From the NCBI RefSeq assembly GCF_006345805.1, contig NC_043000.1, positions 67,828,001 to 67,892,000 of the forward strand: a DNA stretch of 64,000 nucleotides. The letters run 5' to 3'. Numbering within the stretch: the first letter of the stretch is position 1; every line of letters starts with the position of its first letter. The notes below the pieces were generated by a model. The model worked only from the letters and a program-made list of their open reading frames with translations, made no database searches and was not told where the DNA came from. Of this stretch, positions 29,201 through 38,836 are shown piece after piece. A program made the position numbers and the translations under genes. The DNA comes from Octopus sinensis. Taxonomy: Eukaryota.

Positions 29201-32200
29201 GGCACGGGTGCAAGACAGAGTCATAGCTCAATCAAGAGCATGCTCATTGCTTTTTTTGACATCTGTGGTATTGTATCAAGAACTCATTCCCCAGGGCCAG
29301 ATTGTCAATCAAGAGATCTATTGCAATGTTTTGAAGTGTTTGAGGACATTTGGTGAAAGCAACTGGATCTGTGGAGCATGTAGAATTGGATTCTTCACAA
29401 CAATGCTCTGTTACTGAGCTCACCTCACTCATGAGTTTCTCGCCCCCACCCTATCACCAGATTTAGCACCTACATACTTCCATCTGTTCCCCAAGATGAA
29501 AATGCAGCTCAAAGGCTGCCATTTTTACACCATTGTTGAGATCAAGAACAAATCACAGGAGGTCTTCGACTTGCTTATGTAAAATGACTTCCAGATCAGA
29601 TTCCAAAAGTGGCAGGAACACTGGGACTAGTGTGTTGCTGCACAGAGTGACTATTTCAAAGGAGATGATGTTACAACTTAAGTAAATTAGTTATTTTTTA
29701 TTAAACATAACTAGTCAAGGAACTTTTTGATACCACCTCGTAGATGAGCTTTCGTTTTTTCACAATGTTCAGGAGTTGTCTTTCACCCATTTGTTGTAAC
29801 ACCCATTCATTTGTTCAATGATTCTTGTATGAGACTTGTAACATTCATATGCATTGATTATGTTCTTTTCAGATTTGTCTAGAAGCCACATTTACAACCA
29901 TAAATGCCTATTGGCCACATAAGTACTCACACTAGCCTTATTTACATTCAATGGATATTTGTCCTCATCTTATTTTTGTTGTTAACACAACATTTTGGCT
30001 GATATACCCTCCAGCCATCATCAGGTGTTTTGGGGAAATTTCAAACCTGGGTTCTCATTCCTAAGGTATTTTCCCCAAGACACCTGAAATTACCCCAAAA
30101 CACCTGAAATTTCCCCAAGACACCTGAAGAAGGCTGGAGGGTATATCAGCTGAAATGTTGTGTTAAAAACAAACAAGATGAGGACAAATATCTGTCGAAT
30201 GTAAATAATGTACATAATTCCTCATCTCTGGTATATAGAACTGTAGAACACACTAGCCTTGTTTTTAACTTGGTTAGGACACTATTGCTGATCCAAATGT
30301 AAAGTTTTTTCATAGACACCCTTGCTATGTGTCCTAATTTCTTCTTTACAAGTGGCTTCATCAGAGATTTGGGCTCCAAGGTACAATTCAACTTGTTTGA
30401 GACTCTCACTGCTCAAATAATAAAATAAGTGAACAAAGTAACTTTTACATGCCCATCTGACATACTAGAAATAACAGCAAAATCTCCACAAATCACACCC
30501 TTCCGTCAAAGGACTCTTTGAACAATCAAGCCCTTGATGTACAAAAAAGATGCAACGGTCACAACTAGAATGCCTTTGTCAGTCTCAGTCAAAGCTGACA
30601 AGACTAAACAACATGAACAATATAAAATAATTTGACCTTGTTTTACCATATTTTCAATGAAATACACTGCTTTTGTTTCAATTAATTTTGAAAATAACAA
30701 AGAATTTAGTAGAATTTATCAAGCAGAGCCATTTTCCTAAGGGATCAGTAATTTGTCTGTCTTCCTACTTACTCAGACTTTGATCTTTGCTAAATTAACT
30801 CTAAGGCCCTTTGATTCCAGACATTGCTTACACAGTGAAATTTATTCTCTAGTTCTGGTAGTAATTCAGCAATAAGAACAAAGTCATCAGTGTAGAGAAG
30901 CTTCCAAGAGCAGCTTGTCTTAAATTCCTCTGTTGTGGCCTGGAAGGCTATGATAAACAAGACAGGGCTGAGAACCGATCCCTGGAAAACTCCTACCTAT
31001 ACACTAAATTCCTTGAGAGAGAGAGAGAAAGAAAGAGAGTGAGAGAGAGAGAACAAAATATTACAATAATACTTCACCTGTAAACAATAAAATCCAGAGA
31101 GAAAAAACTTATTGGAAGTAGCAGTTTGTTGTGGTAAACATTGAGATCCAAGCTCAGTTAGGTCAGCAGCTAACCACTGTTCATACACCAAACTTTTAAG
31201 TTGGTCGGCACTTAATGTAGAACCCTGAAAAGATAACCAAGAAAAAAATATTAATACCACAAACTGATATCCGAAATTAAATTTAAATATTTTACATTTG
31301 TCAAAATTTGAATAAAACAAACCACAGAATCCTAAATATTAGACATACAAAATATAAAGGGCTTTGAGCTAACTACAAAGGCCAAAAAATAACTATTAAA
31401 AATGCTTTTGGAAATGCATATACTCTAGTAACCAAGGAGATACATTAGTTTGATTCAATTTATTTGATTTTTATATGAATTCTCCTGGAAGATGATTCCA
31501 AATAGATTGTGTTTAAGAAGAATGATTTGTATGTACTTAAATCAACAGAACATAACAGGATTCAGATGGATTCTGTTGCAAACACAGATTTTACAGCTGG
31601 ATATATTCCTCCTACTGCTAACCACATAACACAAGAAATTTTGATGTCAAACTGAAAGTAGAATTATGTGTTTAACCCTTTCGTTACTGTATTTATTTTG
31701 AGATGCTCTGTGTTTCTTTCAATTATTTTAAATATAACAAAGAATTTAGTAAAATAATTTAATTATCATTAAGCGAGTGTTAGGAACATAAATTGCAACT
31801 AAGGTTTGGTGGTATAGTTTAATGAAAAACTTATGAAAACAAGACATTTCTACTACAGAGCCAGAGCCGGTTTTGGCCGGGTTGGTAACAAAAGGGTTAA
31901 CTAATGCAACAACATTCCTATCATTGTAGTCCACTGCAGATCATCATTCTGATAACTTCTGAAAATATCACTCCTTCAGGAACACAACTATTATAACTGC
32001 TGCAAGAGAAAGCATGCTTTCCTTTGTTTCTCTGCAATATGTACATCAGTCCATCATTTGTTTGAGCATTTTATCCTGATATTTGGAGTAACCAAATATC
32101 TTCTCTATAGCAAAACACCTATTTCTATAACTCTATTATATTTGAAGCTCTCACCTGGCACAAATTCACCTCCTTCAATACTATTCCCCTTCCAAGTCAG

Positions 32201-35200
32201 GTGTCTTTGTCTTGCAAGTTACTTGGTGATTCTTCAGGTGTTGTTGCCACATAAAAAGTACACAATGCACTCTGTAAAATAGTTGGCATTAGGAAAGGCA
32301 TCCAGCCATAGAAACCATGCCAAAACTGACAATGGAGACTGGTGCAGCTCTTTAGCTCCCCAGATCCTGTTAAACTGTCCAACCCATGCCAGCATAGAAA
32401 ATAAACATTATATGCTGCTGATGATGATGGCCACTAGAAAGATGAGTGTATAATCATCCATAACCAAGAATAGGATAGAACAAGTCTGCAATGACAAAGA
32501 TCCACTTGAAATCCCTACAGAGTGACAAATCTAGGGTGAGGGATATTAGTCCATAGGTCTTGACAGCGGAGTGATTCACTGCATAGAGAGGGATATCAGA
32601 AAGACCAGGAGTGGTGGAGGTAAACCGTCGAGGTCAAATACTTAAGCTGGCACCCATATCCACTATAAAGGACTTTGAAGAATTGGCGTCTCTTATAAAG
32701 AATGCATGATAGGGTCAATTGATGGGGGAGACGCCTGATGTGTCCAGTGTCTCCCTGTCTAATTTCCCTGAGAAGAGTAGGAGCAGGGCTGTGTACATTT
32801 CTAGACCTGGTCCTTGAACTTACTGTGGTACCAGCAGACTGAGGGAACAGGAAGTGCATGTATGCGCAAGAAGGAACGGCACCTGGTCCTTCCTGCGGAA
32901 TAATCCCTTGAAGACGAATAGTTCCTACACATGCATGAAACCTGATGGGTCAGTTCTGCGATAGCCCGCAAGATGTCAACTGGAGCAGAAGTAGAATCTC
33001 AAGAGGAAGATGAAGAAGCGACAAGGTTATCTGCGGAGGATGGTGAGCTAGAAAATTCCATAATCTTGTCTGCGGAGGTGGCAAGTTGGTTCAAAGGCCT
33101 TGTGTTCTATTACAGGAGCTAAAATCGACTGGACATTAGAAGGCATCCTCAAGAAAAATAGTCATCCCTCATATTAGCTATCAGACAACTCTTGGATTCA
33201 TCACAAAAACTGGGAGGGGGGGTCCCTGAGATGCTCATCCTGCAAGAGTGTGCGAAATTTACTCTCAAGCGAGGGAGAGTTACACTGGAGAACCTCAGCT
33301 TTGAAGGTTTCGTAGGTCATATCCGATGGCATTTCTGTTATCATATCTCGCACTGCAAGTGCAAGGGGAGAAGGAATGCCAGCAAGAATGATGTGGAGTT
33401 TGCTCTGGGCCAACTGAATGTTAGAAGAAATGAAGAACGATTCCAGTTGTGAAAACTATATATTAGTATCTCCATGATATTGAAGCAAAGGAAAATGACT
33501 CATCTTGGATGATAATAGAAAGGGAACAGCACGAAGAACAAGCTGGTTGAAGAAACACCATTAGAAATAGCAATCAAAACACCCTTGTTGAAAGAAGACA
33601 TGACGAGCAGCAAACTAGGAAGATTTTTCTTCAATAGCAGAGGATGAAAATAGAAGAAATCCTTGCCATTTGATAAGGAACAAATTATGGCCAACGAGTG
33701 GATAATCCAGGTGGTTGAGAGAAAGAAACTGATGCTTGGTACGGAGGAAAATTTTCTGTTCATGTGAATTCTGGAGAAAATTCTGAATAACTTTTTGCAT
33801 TTTTATAAACAAGAACAAAATTCTCTGTAATGCCGTGTCTTCAAATGACCAAGTTGTAAATTGAGTTACAACCCAAGGAAAAATGATTTGCAGTTTCCCG
33901 CTTGAAAATAGCACCAAAATTTTCCTGGTGAAGAAGACAATATGGTGACAAGACAGTGGTGTTCCTATATGACGAGAGGCAATTTGGTTGCATAACCAAA
34001 GTCACGAAGGAGAAAAGGGAATACATATTCACTAGTCTGTATTCTGCTGGTGTTCACCATTTTAGAAGTCTGTGTTCACGTCGGGTCACCATTTTAGATG
34101 TTGTAAGTCGTCACTGAGCCACCTAATATGACTCTCAGAAGGCTGTAATCTCTCTGGTAGTAAAAACAGATGTAAAACATATACAAGCAAGGTTGTAACT
34201 TTAAACACGTTTATTGTGGCCACACATATATGGAATGATAAATAAAATGGTTGGTGTGTAAAAGCCATGGTCTTCTGCAAGCTGGCCTGTGGCATAAGAT
34301 AGAGCCAGTCAAGTTACTTTCTCATAGCTTGCATGTCAGTGCAGAAAAAAAGGAAGAAATGAGGTCACGTGTCTGAACCTTAATGTGTAACACTTTCTAT
34401 ATCTGTAAAGCCAGCTTCTTTACCTGCTGTCAAGAGGTGTAATGCACCTACACCAGTTAGCAGCAACAAAGTTCTGTGGGGGAGTATTTTTATCTGATCA
34501 CATTCTGGCTCACCATAAATGAAACTGAACACATTTAAAAAAAAAAATGCTGTCTTAATCACATTCACCAAAAGCAAAAACATCAATACCTAGTGTTTAT
34601 GAGGTATTCTTCAAAATTAGTCTTTTGTCTCTTCCACATTTTGAACAACTCCACTGTTCAAATACCTGTCGTCCTGCATTGAGGAAATCTATATCAACTC
34701 ATTGTTGATATCATCTTCCATGATGACATCATGGTATCTTTGAACTTGTCCAAGACCATCCACTGCCCTCATCTCAAATTTCATCATCATCCCTATTATG
34801 CCTCACCCCTCTCCAACTTCTGCATTTATCTTCTATCTTTTACTTGCTTTAGACATTAGACTGCAGCCATGCTGGAGCATTGCCTTGAAGAAATTTTAGT
34901 CAAATGAATCGACGACAGTACTTATTATTTTTTCCTTTTAGGTTTGTTTAGTCTATCGGTCTCTTTTGCCAAACCCCTAAGTTACAGGGACATGAATATG
35001 CCAACACCAGTTGTCAAGTGGTAGTGAGAAGCAAACACAGACACACAGCATACACATATATATATATATATTTATATATATATATATGTCTGGTCATAGA
35101 GTGACTTGTGGTTTTGCATCCATAATATGCTTAGCTTTATAGACAACTCATCAGACTCTAATATTGGTGGCCATTGGAGTCTAATGAGGGTCAAACTCCA

Positions 35201-36157
35201 GTTTCTGATCTAGGCAAAAAAATGGGGGAAAAATAGTGTAATAGGTGTAAAACAACATGTAGTAAATGAATATGAAAAAAAAATGCACACTGGCGAACAG
35301 GGGGAGGGGGCGGAGAGGGCACTAATTTTTTTTTCATTTTTGTAACAGGGTGTTTTCAGATCCTGTGAGTTTGATTGTGTGAATTTTCCAAGAGTTTTTT
35401 CTCCTCTCCACTCCCTGTTCGCCAGAATGCCTTTTTTTGTCATATTCGTTTACTAAATGTTGTTTACACCTACTACACTATTTTTTTGCCTGGGTCAGAA
35501 ACTGGAATTTCCTGATGAGTTGTCTATAAAGCTAAGAGCATTATGGATGTGAAACCATTGGTCACTCTGTGACCGGACATATATTTAACTTCATGTAAAT
35601 ACATTACTGCTCTAACTTTAAGAGTGTGCTTCTTTTTTGGATATATGATCCACTGACGACATATATGATGGGCTTCTCTCAGTTCCATCTACCAAATCTA
35701 CTCGCAAGGTTTTGGTTGGCCCAAGGCTATAGTAGAAAACACTTGCCCAAGGTGCCATGCAGTGGGACTGAACTAGGAACCATGTGATTGGGAAGCAAGC
35801 TTCTAACCACACAACCACACCTGTACCTATTTATTTATGATTCTCAAGTAATCATCTTCAGAACTTCAGCCCTCTACAATTATTATTTCCCTGTACACAT
35901 TTTCCTTGCAAACATCAAGCTACAGACAAGCAAACTGGACATTGATTTCATCAGTGAAGGAGGACATTCAAAGTTTATGTATACCAACCACTGCTTCTTC
36001 TGATTAAATAATTTAAAAACAAAAAAGACTAATGAACATTTAGATAATGAATATAACATACCTGATGTTCTTCCTTAAGCCAATCAATACAAGCATCTAA
36101 CCATTCCATTGGTACTTGGATATGTTTGCTTTTTAAGAATATGTGTACTGCCTCCAT
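5142..36157 (-). CDS. RMI1: RecQ-mediated genome instability protein 1 (RMI1), spliced gene, 3'-incomplete in window
   Basis: 12 GT-AG exons with matching phases: 36062-36157, 31078-31224, 27610-27720, 24409-24528, 19287-19420, 18108-18247, 17634-17673, 16278-16333, 15844-15893, 13623-14106, 12357-12442, 5142-5252 (1575 nt, 525 codons, no stop). Recognised RMI1 motifs: VPMEWLDACIDWL, YEQWLAADL, RMLKMEMTDG..GIEYKSIP, GVLML..ENISVLGGEVDSL, PFTYL, LNDGTGTLPVEL. Confidence 0.93.
5530..5850 (-). mobile_element. RTE-type LINE 3' tail fragment
   Basis: (CAT)n tail plus the recurring CCATGCT..CATGGGTTGGAC / GGATGCCCTTCC motif seen in >8 copies. Confidence 0.6.
5990..6800 (+). mobile_element. RTE-type LINE 3' UTR fragment ending in (GAT)n
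   Basis: CAAGTACTTGGTGACC..AAGGGCATCCAGC..CATGCTAGCATGG..ATGATGATG, homologous to 10020-10200, 24060-24345, 26125-26390, 32195-32430, 54490-54700. Confidence 0.65.
6846..7902. mobile_element. Non-autonomous piggyBac-type element (~1.06 kb)
   Basis: TTAA|CCCTTTCGTTAC ... GTAACGAAAGGG|TTAA: perfect TIR and TTAA TSD; internal ~90-bp direct repeat (~7120/7298). Confidence 0.85.
8440..8659. mobile_element. piggyBac-type MITE
   Basis: TTAA|CCCTTTAGTATT ... AATACTAAAGGG|TTAA. Confidence 0.85.
9381..9577. mobile_element. piggyBac-type MITE
   Basis: TTAA|CCCTTTAGCATT ... AATGCTAAAGGG|TTAA. Confidence 0.85.
10340..10558. mobile_element. Tc1/pogo (Tigger-like) MITE
   Basis: Degenerate TIR AGCAATCCCTCG ... 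CAGGGATTACTG|TA. Confidence 0.5.
11805..12030 (-). mobile_element. RTE-type LINE 3' tail fragment
   Basis: Same (CAT)n-tailed family; another copy at 16850-17110. Confidence 0.6.
12357..12442 (-). CDS. RMI1: RMI1 coding exon 11 (DVHKIPFTYLFLL...FYIK)
   Basis: TTTCAG acceptor, GTAAGG donor, phase 1/0; PFTYL begins the C-terminal OB2 domain. Confidence 0.9.
13623..14106 (-). CDS. RMI1: RMI1 coding exon 10 (acidic/Ser-rich linker)
   Basis: 484-nt open exon (track ORF 13600-14088), TTTTAG acceptor, GTAGGT donor, phase 0/1. Confidence 0.88.
15097..15345 (-). mobile_element. tRNA-derived SINE (octopus-type family B)
   Basis: GGTGAGCTGG(A)AGAATC head, GTTCAAA B-box-like, AAGTACCAGTTG body; homologues at 18752-18960(-), 25122-25335(-), 26475-26690(+), 38020-38225(-), 46903-47115(+), 50305-50525(+). 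Confidence 0.8.
15844..15893 (-). CDS. RMI1: RMI1 coding exon 9 (50 nt, DNATKMSTNLIDEFADE)
   Basis: TTTTACAG acceptor, GTATAC donor, phase 1/0; joins to WDDLDF. Confidence 0.78.
16278..16333 (-). CDS. RMI1: RMI1 coding exon 8 (56 nt, linker)
   Basis: TTTTACAG acceptor, GTAATC donor, phase 2/1. Confidence 0.75.
17634..17673 (-). CDS. RMI1: RMI1 coding exon 7 (40 nt, linker)
   Basis: CTTAG acceptor, GTAAGA donor, phase 1/2 fits neighbours. Confidence 0.75.
18108..18247 (-). CDS. RMI1: RMI1 coding exon 6 (linker)
   Basis: TTTTAG acceptor, GTAAGT donor, phase 2/1, open frame. Confidence 0.85.
19287..19420 (-). CDS. RMI1: RMI1 coding exon 5 (VLIKGKILCRNGVLML...LGGEVDSL)
   Basis: TTTCAG acceptor, GTAAGT donor, phase 0/2. 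Confidence 0.92.
19617..21492 (-). mobile_element. Internally deleted Helitron with both termini
   Basis: 5' A|TCTATATATATA at 21492; 3' hairpin ACCCG..CGGGT (19628-19645) then CTAG|T at 19617. Broken Rep motif (DPDQNECFHLRMLL..RGPTSW) and PIF1 motifs (SGGTGKTF, PGGQTAHSTFK, LSGDFQQTLPV, LSTNMR). Confidence 0.95.
21733..23495 (+). mobile_element. Decayed pogo-family DNA transposon (DDE_1 transposase pseudogene)
   Basis: TA|CTGTATTTGC ... GCAAATACAG|TA TIR/TSD; peptide remnants MLACMADGGKLP, KGWMD, LLVLDAFRCH, TSLLQPYDVAINKPFK at 22707-23291. Confidence 0.92.
24409..24528 (-). CDS. RMI1: RMI1 coding exon 4 (PQPVHCRMLKMEMTDG...PGFK)
   Basis: TTATAG acceptor, GTTGGT donor; OB1 TDG/EY/PG motifs. 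Confidence 0.92.
25472..25691. mobile_element. piggyBac-type MITE
   Basis: CCCTTTAGCAT ... ATGCTAAAGGG|TTAA. Confidence 0.8.
26955..27310 (-). mobile_element. tRNA-derived SINE (family C)
   Basis: tRNA-like head TTAGAGCATCAGGCTCACAATCACGAGGTAGTGAATTCAAATCC followed by GAGCAAGACA..TTTCA central domain. Confidence 0.65.
27610..27720 (-). CDS. RMI1: RMI1 coding exon 3 (VNNIIDISTSYYTQ...KQYT)
   Basis: TTGCAG acceptor, GTAAAT donor, phase 0/0; start of OB1 fold. Confidence 0.9.
27882..28101. mobile_element. piggyBac-type MITE
   Basis: TTAA|CCTTTTCATT ... AATGAAAGGG|TTAA; same family as 31676-31896. Confidence 0.8.
28290..28893. mobile_element. RTE LINE RT C-terminal remnant in two opposite-orientation pieces
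   Basis: Plus: YGCEARTL..INAFEMWV*RRML..TNEWML..YSHI (to ~28521). Minus: YGHIQRSRGLENIIM..RGRQRMLWMD (from 28893). Confidence 0.75.
28897..29740 (+). mobile_element. Internally deleted mariner transposon
   Basis: Right TIR ..GGAACTTTTTGATACCACCTCG|TA and degenerate left TIR (16/22 match); broken transposase KF..KLGKSATET, MLIAFFD..GIV, PDLAP..FHLFPKMK..LKG. Confidence 0.9.
29985..30028 (-). ncRNA. Hammerhead ribozyme motif, G12A-inactivated copy
   Basis: ACAC CTGATGA T GGCTG gagggtatat CAGCC AAAA TG T T GTGT. Confidence 0.65.
30120..30163 (+). ncRNA. Minimal type I hammerhead ribozyme motif (CpG-decayed)
   Basis: ACAC CTGAAGA A GGCTG gagggtatat CAGCT GAAA TG T T GTGT: stem I ACAC/GTGT, stem II hairpin, GAAA intact. 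Confidence 0.7.
31078..31224 (-). CDS. RMI1: RMI1 coding exon 2 (GSTLSADQLKSLVYEQWLAADL...GFYCLQ)
   Basis: TTTCAG acceptor, GTGAAG donor, phase 0/0, EQWL motif. Confidence 0.92.
31676..31896. mobile_element. piggyBac-type MITE
   Basis: TTAA|CCCTTTCGTTAC ... GTAACAAAAGGG|TTAA. Confidence 0.85.
32452..34392 (-). mobile_element. 3'-truncated Gypsy LTR retrotransposon (5' LTR, tRNA-Trp PBS, gag, protease)
   Basis: LTR TGTTAC...ACAACA at 34392-34099 with AATAAA; PBS TGGTGACCCGACGTGA at 34091-34076; gag remnants (RDMITEMP..YETFKAEVL..PSQFL; CWYHSKF..KCTQPCSY); protease FIVDMGASLSI, TYG, IADL..PILG. Confidence 0.9.
35097..35160 (-). ncRNA. Hammerhead ribozyme motif, G12A copy with intact stem I
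   Basis: TAGAGT CTGATGA G..stem II..C AAAA CCACAAG TC ACTCTA: 6-bp stem I, GUC triplet, GAAA changed to AAAA. Confidence 0.7.
35512..35568 (+). ncRNA. Hammerhead ribozyme core with intact GAAA but no cis stem I
   Basis: CTGATGA G ttgtctataa..ttatggatgt GAAA CCATTGG TC ACTCT: palindromic stem III ACCA-T-TGGT, GUC triplet. Confidence 0.7.
36062..36157 (-). CDS. RMI1: RMI1 coding exon 1 (MEAVHIFLKSKHIQVPMEWLDACIDWLKEEHQ)
   Basis: ATG with in-frame upstream TAA; donor CAG|GTATGT; RMI1 N-terminal helical motif. Confidence 0.9.
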
Positions 36158-36959
36158 AATAGCTCCCAAAGAATTTGTGGTGTCCTTTTATTTTCATATG
36201 GAAAGAAAGTATTAGTTTTCTGTAAGATGCTATCAACTTCAAATATTTAAGTAACATTAACAAAACATGCAAACTTTCATCATCATTTTTTAAAAAATAA
36301 AAAAATAATATCTGTTATGAGACAATGAAGAAACCTCTATGAAAGTGCTTCATCTTCCAGAATCAGCAACCAAATTTCTTCAGACATGTTCTACAGTTTT
36401 AAAAAGAGAACACATATGGGCAATGTAGTCTCTAATATACAAAAGACAGAAAATATTTTATAAGAAAAATGAATCAGAACTAATCTGGGGCAAAACAACA
36501 TTATTCTTAATAAAAATCACTTCTTTCTGTAGATTGTATCAATTATTCTATTACAATAACAATGGAACCACTCCAAGGATTCAATTTCAATTTCCTAGAC
36601 ACTTCTGGAAGGAGTGAGATAGTAGTAACCGACCACTGATTGAGGGAAAATATAGAAGTAGAGAGTAAGAATCAGTGGGAGAAGTTCAGAAGTTTTATTT
36701 TTTATCTCTATAGGAATTAAAAAGGTTTTGTATTGCCTTGATATATATATGAGCCAAGAAGTAAAAGTCTATGTAATCATTCGGCCAGCTAGAAATGGCA
36801 ACCAAATTTTCCTAAACTAACACACCACCATTTGAAATGGAATAGATGCATTCCCACACACTTCTAAAATGACAGAATGGTCACAGCTGGAATGGTATTG
36901 ATCATAGGTTTGCTTGATTAGGAGTGACCTGGGGTTAAACAACAAAGGCAATTTCTCTC

Positions 36960-37230
36960 TCCATAGAAAAGACAGACTGAATGGAGTATGTGTATGATGC
37001 TACATGGTGATGAAACTTGGACACTGAAAGTAGATCTACAAAGACTGAAGAGAAATAAGTTAGATATGAGAGGCTGAGCACAAGTAACCTTAATACATTT
37101 AAGTACAACGAGCTACAATCGTGGCCGTCAGGCACAGTTCGACAGGCCACGATCGTGGCCCTGATAGATGCATTTAATTTATGGGTGTTTGTTGAAATGT
37201 CTGTCAAGAGATAATGACTTTTCAGATGAT
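36960..37230 (+). mobile_element. RTE LINE RT C-terminal remnant
   Basis: Broken ..MLHGDETWTLK.DLQRLKRN..M motif. Confidence 0.55.
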
Positions 37231-38269
37231 GTAAAATTTGCCACCATTATATACTAAGAAGATATTTTAACAATTTTTTTATTTTTTACGTGTGCATTGT
37301 GGTCTCATTTTCATAAAAATGTGCTCAACAGTTCATTCTATGTAAGTGCAAATCCCAATGCTTTGCGTGTTAAAAGAACGGTTGTATATGTATGTAGGCC
37401 TTGGGGAGTGAATACTCAAGTTTTGTGAAGTTAAACATAAACTAACATTAGAGCTGAGAACTAAGAGAAAATACCCCACAAAAAATGTCAGGTGATAACA
37501 CCTGCCTTGATTGTTTCTTGCTGGTGAAAATAAGTTCCAGAAGTGAAGGCCGTAACTTGCAAAAGCTAGCAAAAAGAATTTTTCTTAAGCCTTACAAGCA
37601 GTTTTATTATGTACACCTGCATCTTTGATGGGATGCCAGGATGGCGATAGCTGAGTTACTATGAAGGCCATGATCACTAGCAATCAACAGCAGTAGAGAC
37701 GGATATTAAAGTATCAACTAATATGTACGGCAGAGACAACTGCACTGGTTTTACAAAAGCAAAGTGAATGACAATAATTACAGGGTTGCAAAAGTCATGT
37801 AATAATAGTGGAAGCCATCAATGTCACAGAAAAACTAAAGAATAAAGTCAGAACACAGGATTGACAGAGACGACAGAAAAAACTACAGGGATGATAAGCT
37901 TGCCAACCAAGTTTAAGAGGCAGTAAAAGAATCTGAAAATATTTAGTTGAAAAAATCTCAAAATTTATGCAAGGCTATGCACAAGAGATGGAGGAAAAGT
38001 CTAAATCATTGAAAATATTGATTTCAAATTTTGATACATGGCCAGCAAGCTCGGGGGAGGGGGTAAGTCGTTTACATCGACTCCGGTGCCCTTTTTAATC
38101 GACCCTGAAAGGATGAAAGGCAAAGTCGATGACGGCGGAATTTGAACTTAGAACATGAAGACGGACGAAATGTCACTAAGCATTTCGCACGGCGTGGTAA
38201 CGATTCTACCAGTTTGCCGCCTTAAACCATTGTAATATGTGCAAGACACAGCTGCATTACATATTTAAT

Positions 38270-38780
38270 GCACACATATGTAATGACTACTAGACTTGTG
38301 CAGGAAATATGCGCATAAGAAGGGAAATACTGAGAGTTGACATTCAGGAGGGATTGGGTAAAGCGGGTAGTGTAGGAGGAATACAAAACGGATGACAAGA
38401 GAAAGAGGGATGTCAGAAGGGTTTCGTTGAAAGTGATATATAACAAGTTAGCTCCAAGGAACAGAGGTTGTTGTAGTAGTTATAACTGAAAATAAAGAGT
38501 GAGGAAACATCACATCTGTGGGCGAGAGTTTGAAATAGTTTGGTAAACAATAGTTTGAGTAGTGAGTCTAATCAGTTGAATGGGTTTCCTTTAGATGCAA
38601 TCTAGGATGTTTCTATGTGCCGCAGATGTTTAAACAATAACTGCTAACAGTAAATTTTAAACAAGTCTCTAGGTAGATAACTGTAGACGCCGCTTTTGTT
38701 GAAGGTTACTGAATTTACATTAGAAAAGAAATAGTGTAGTTTTCGGAAGATTTCGGCAAGACTTGGAAGTCTTTCCAAGA
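38270..38780 (-). mobile_element. CR1/L2-related LINE 3' remnant
   Basis: Decayed FQTLAHRCDVSSLFIFSYNYYNNLCSLEL, resembling the L.HRR.VASL..FYRYY.G.CS.EL motif. Confidence 0.5.
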
Positions 38781-38836
38781 GGAAATTGAAAATAATCAAT
38801 AAATGTTTAAACTTAATGGTAGTATTACAATAACTC

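Larger units (their letters stand above)
29937..30208. mobile_element. Fold-back element with hammerhead motif in each arm (Penelope pLTR-like)
   Basis: Inverted arms ~29937-30050 / 30100-30208; cores at 29985-30028(-) and 30120-30163(+). Confidence 0.8.
35084..35583. mobile_element. ~500-bp fold-back element with outward-facing hammerheads (Penelope pLTR-like)
   Basis: Nested inverted arms: ~35087-35154/35512-35580, ~35195-35222/35481-35510, ~35232-35303/35411-35482. Confidence 0.85.
34845..35830 (-). mobile_element. Family A SINE split by insertion into its internal TA microsatellite
   Basis: Head at 35830-35655, tail at ~35050-34845, separated by the 35084-35583 fold-back element. Confidence 0.7.

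Noticed and set aside
34380-34586. Track ORF (GEPECDQIKILPH...)
   Set aside because: No start or splice support, no recognisable motif, and it overlaps the LTR edge.
37145-37160. Perfect 16-bp palindrome GGCCACGATCGTGGCC
   Set aside because: Lies within a decayed RTE fragment with a nearby partial duplicate; no evidence of function.
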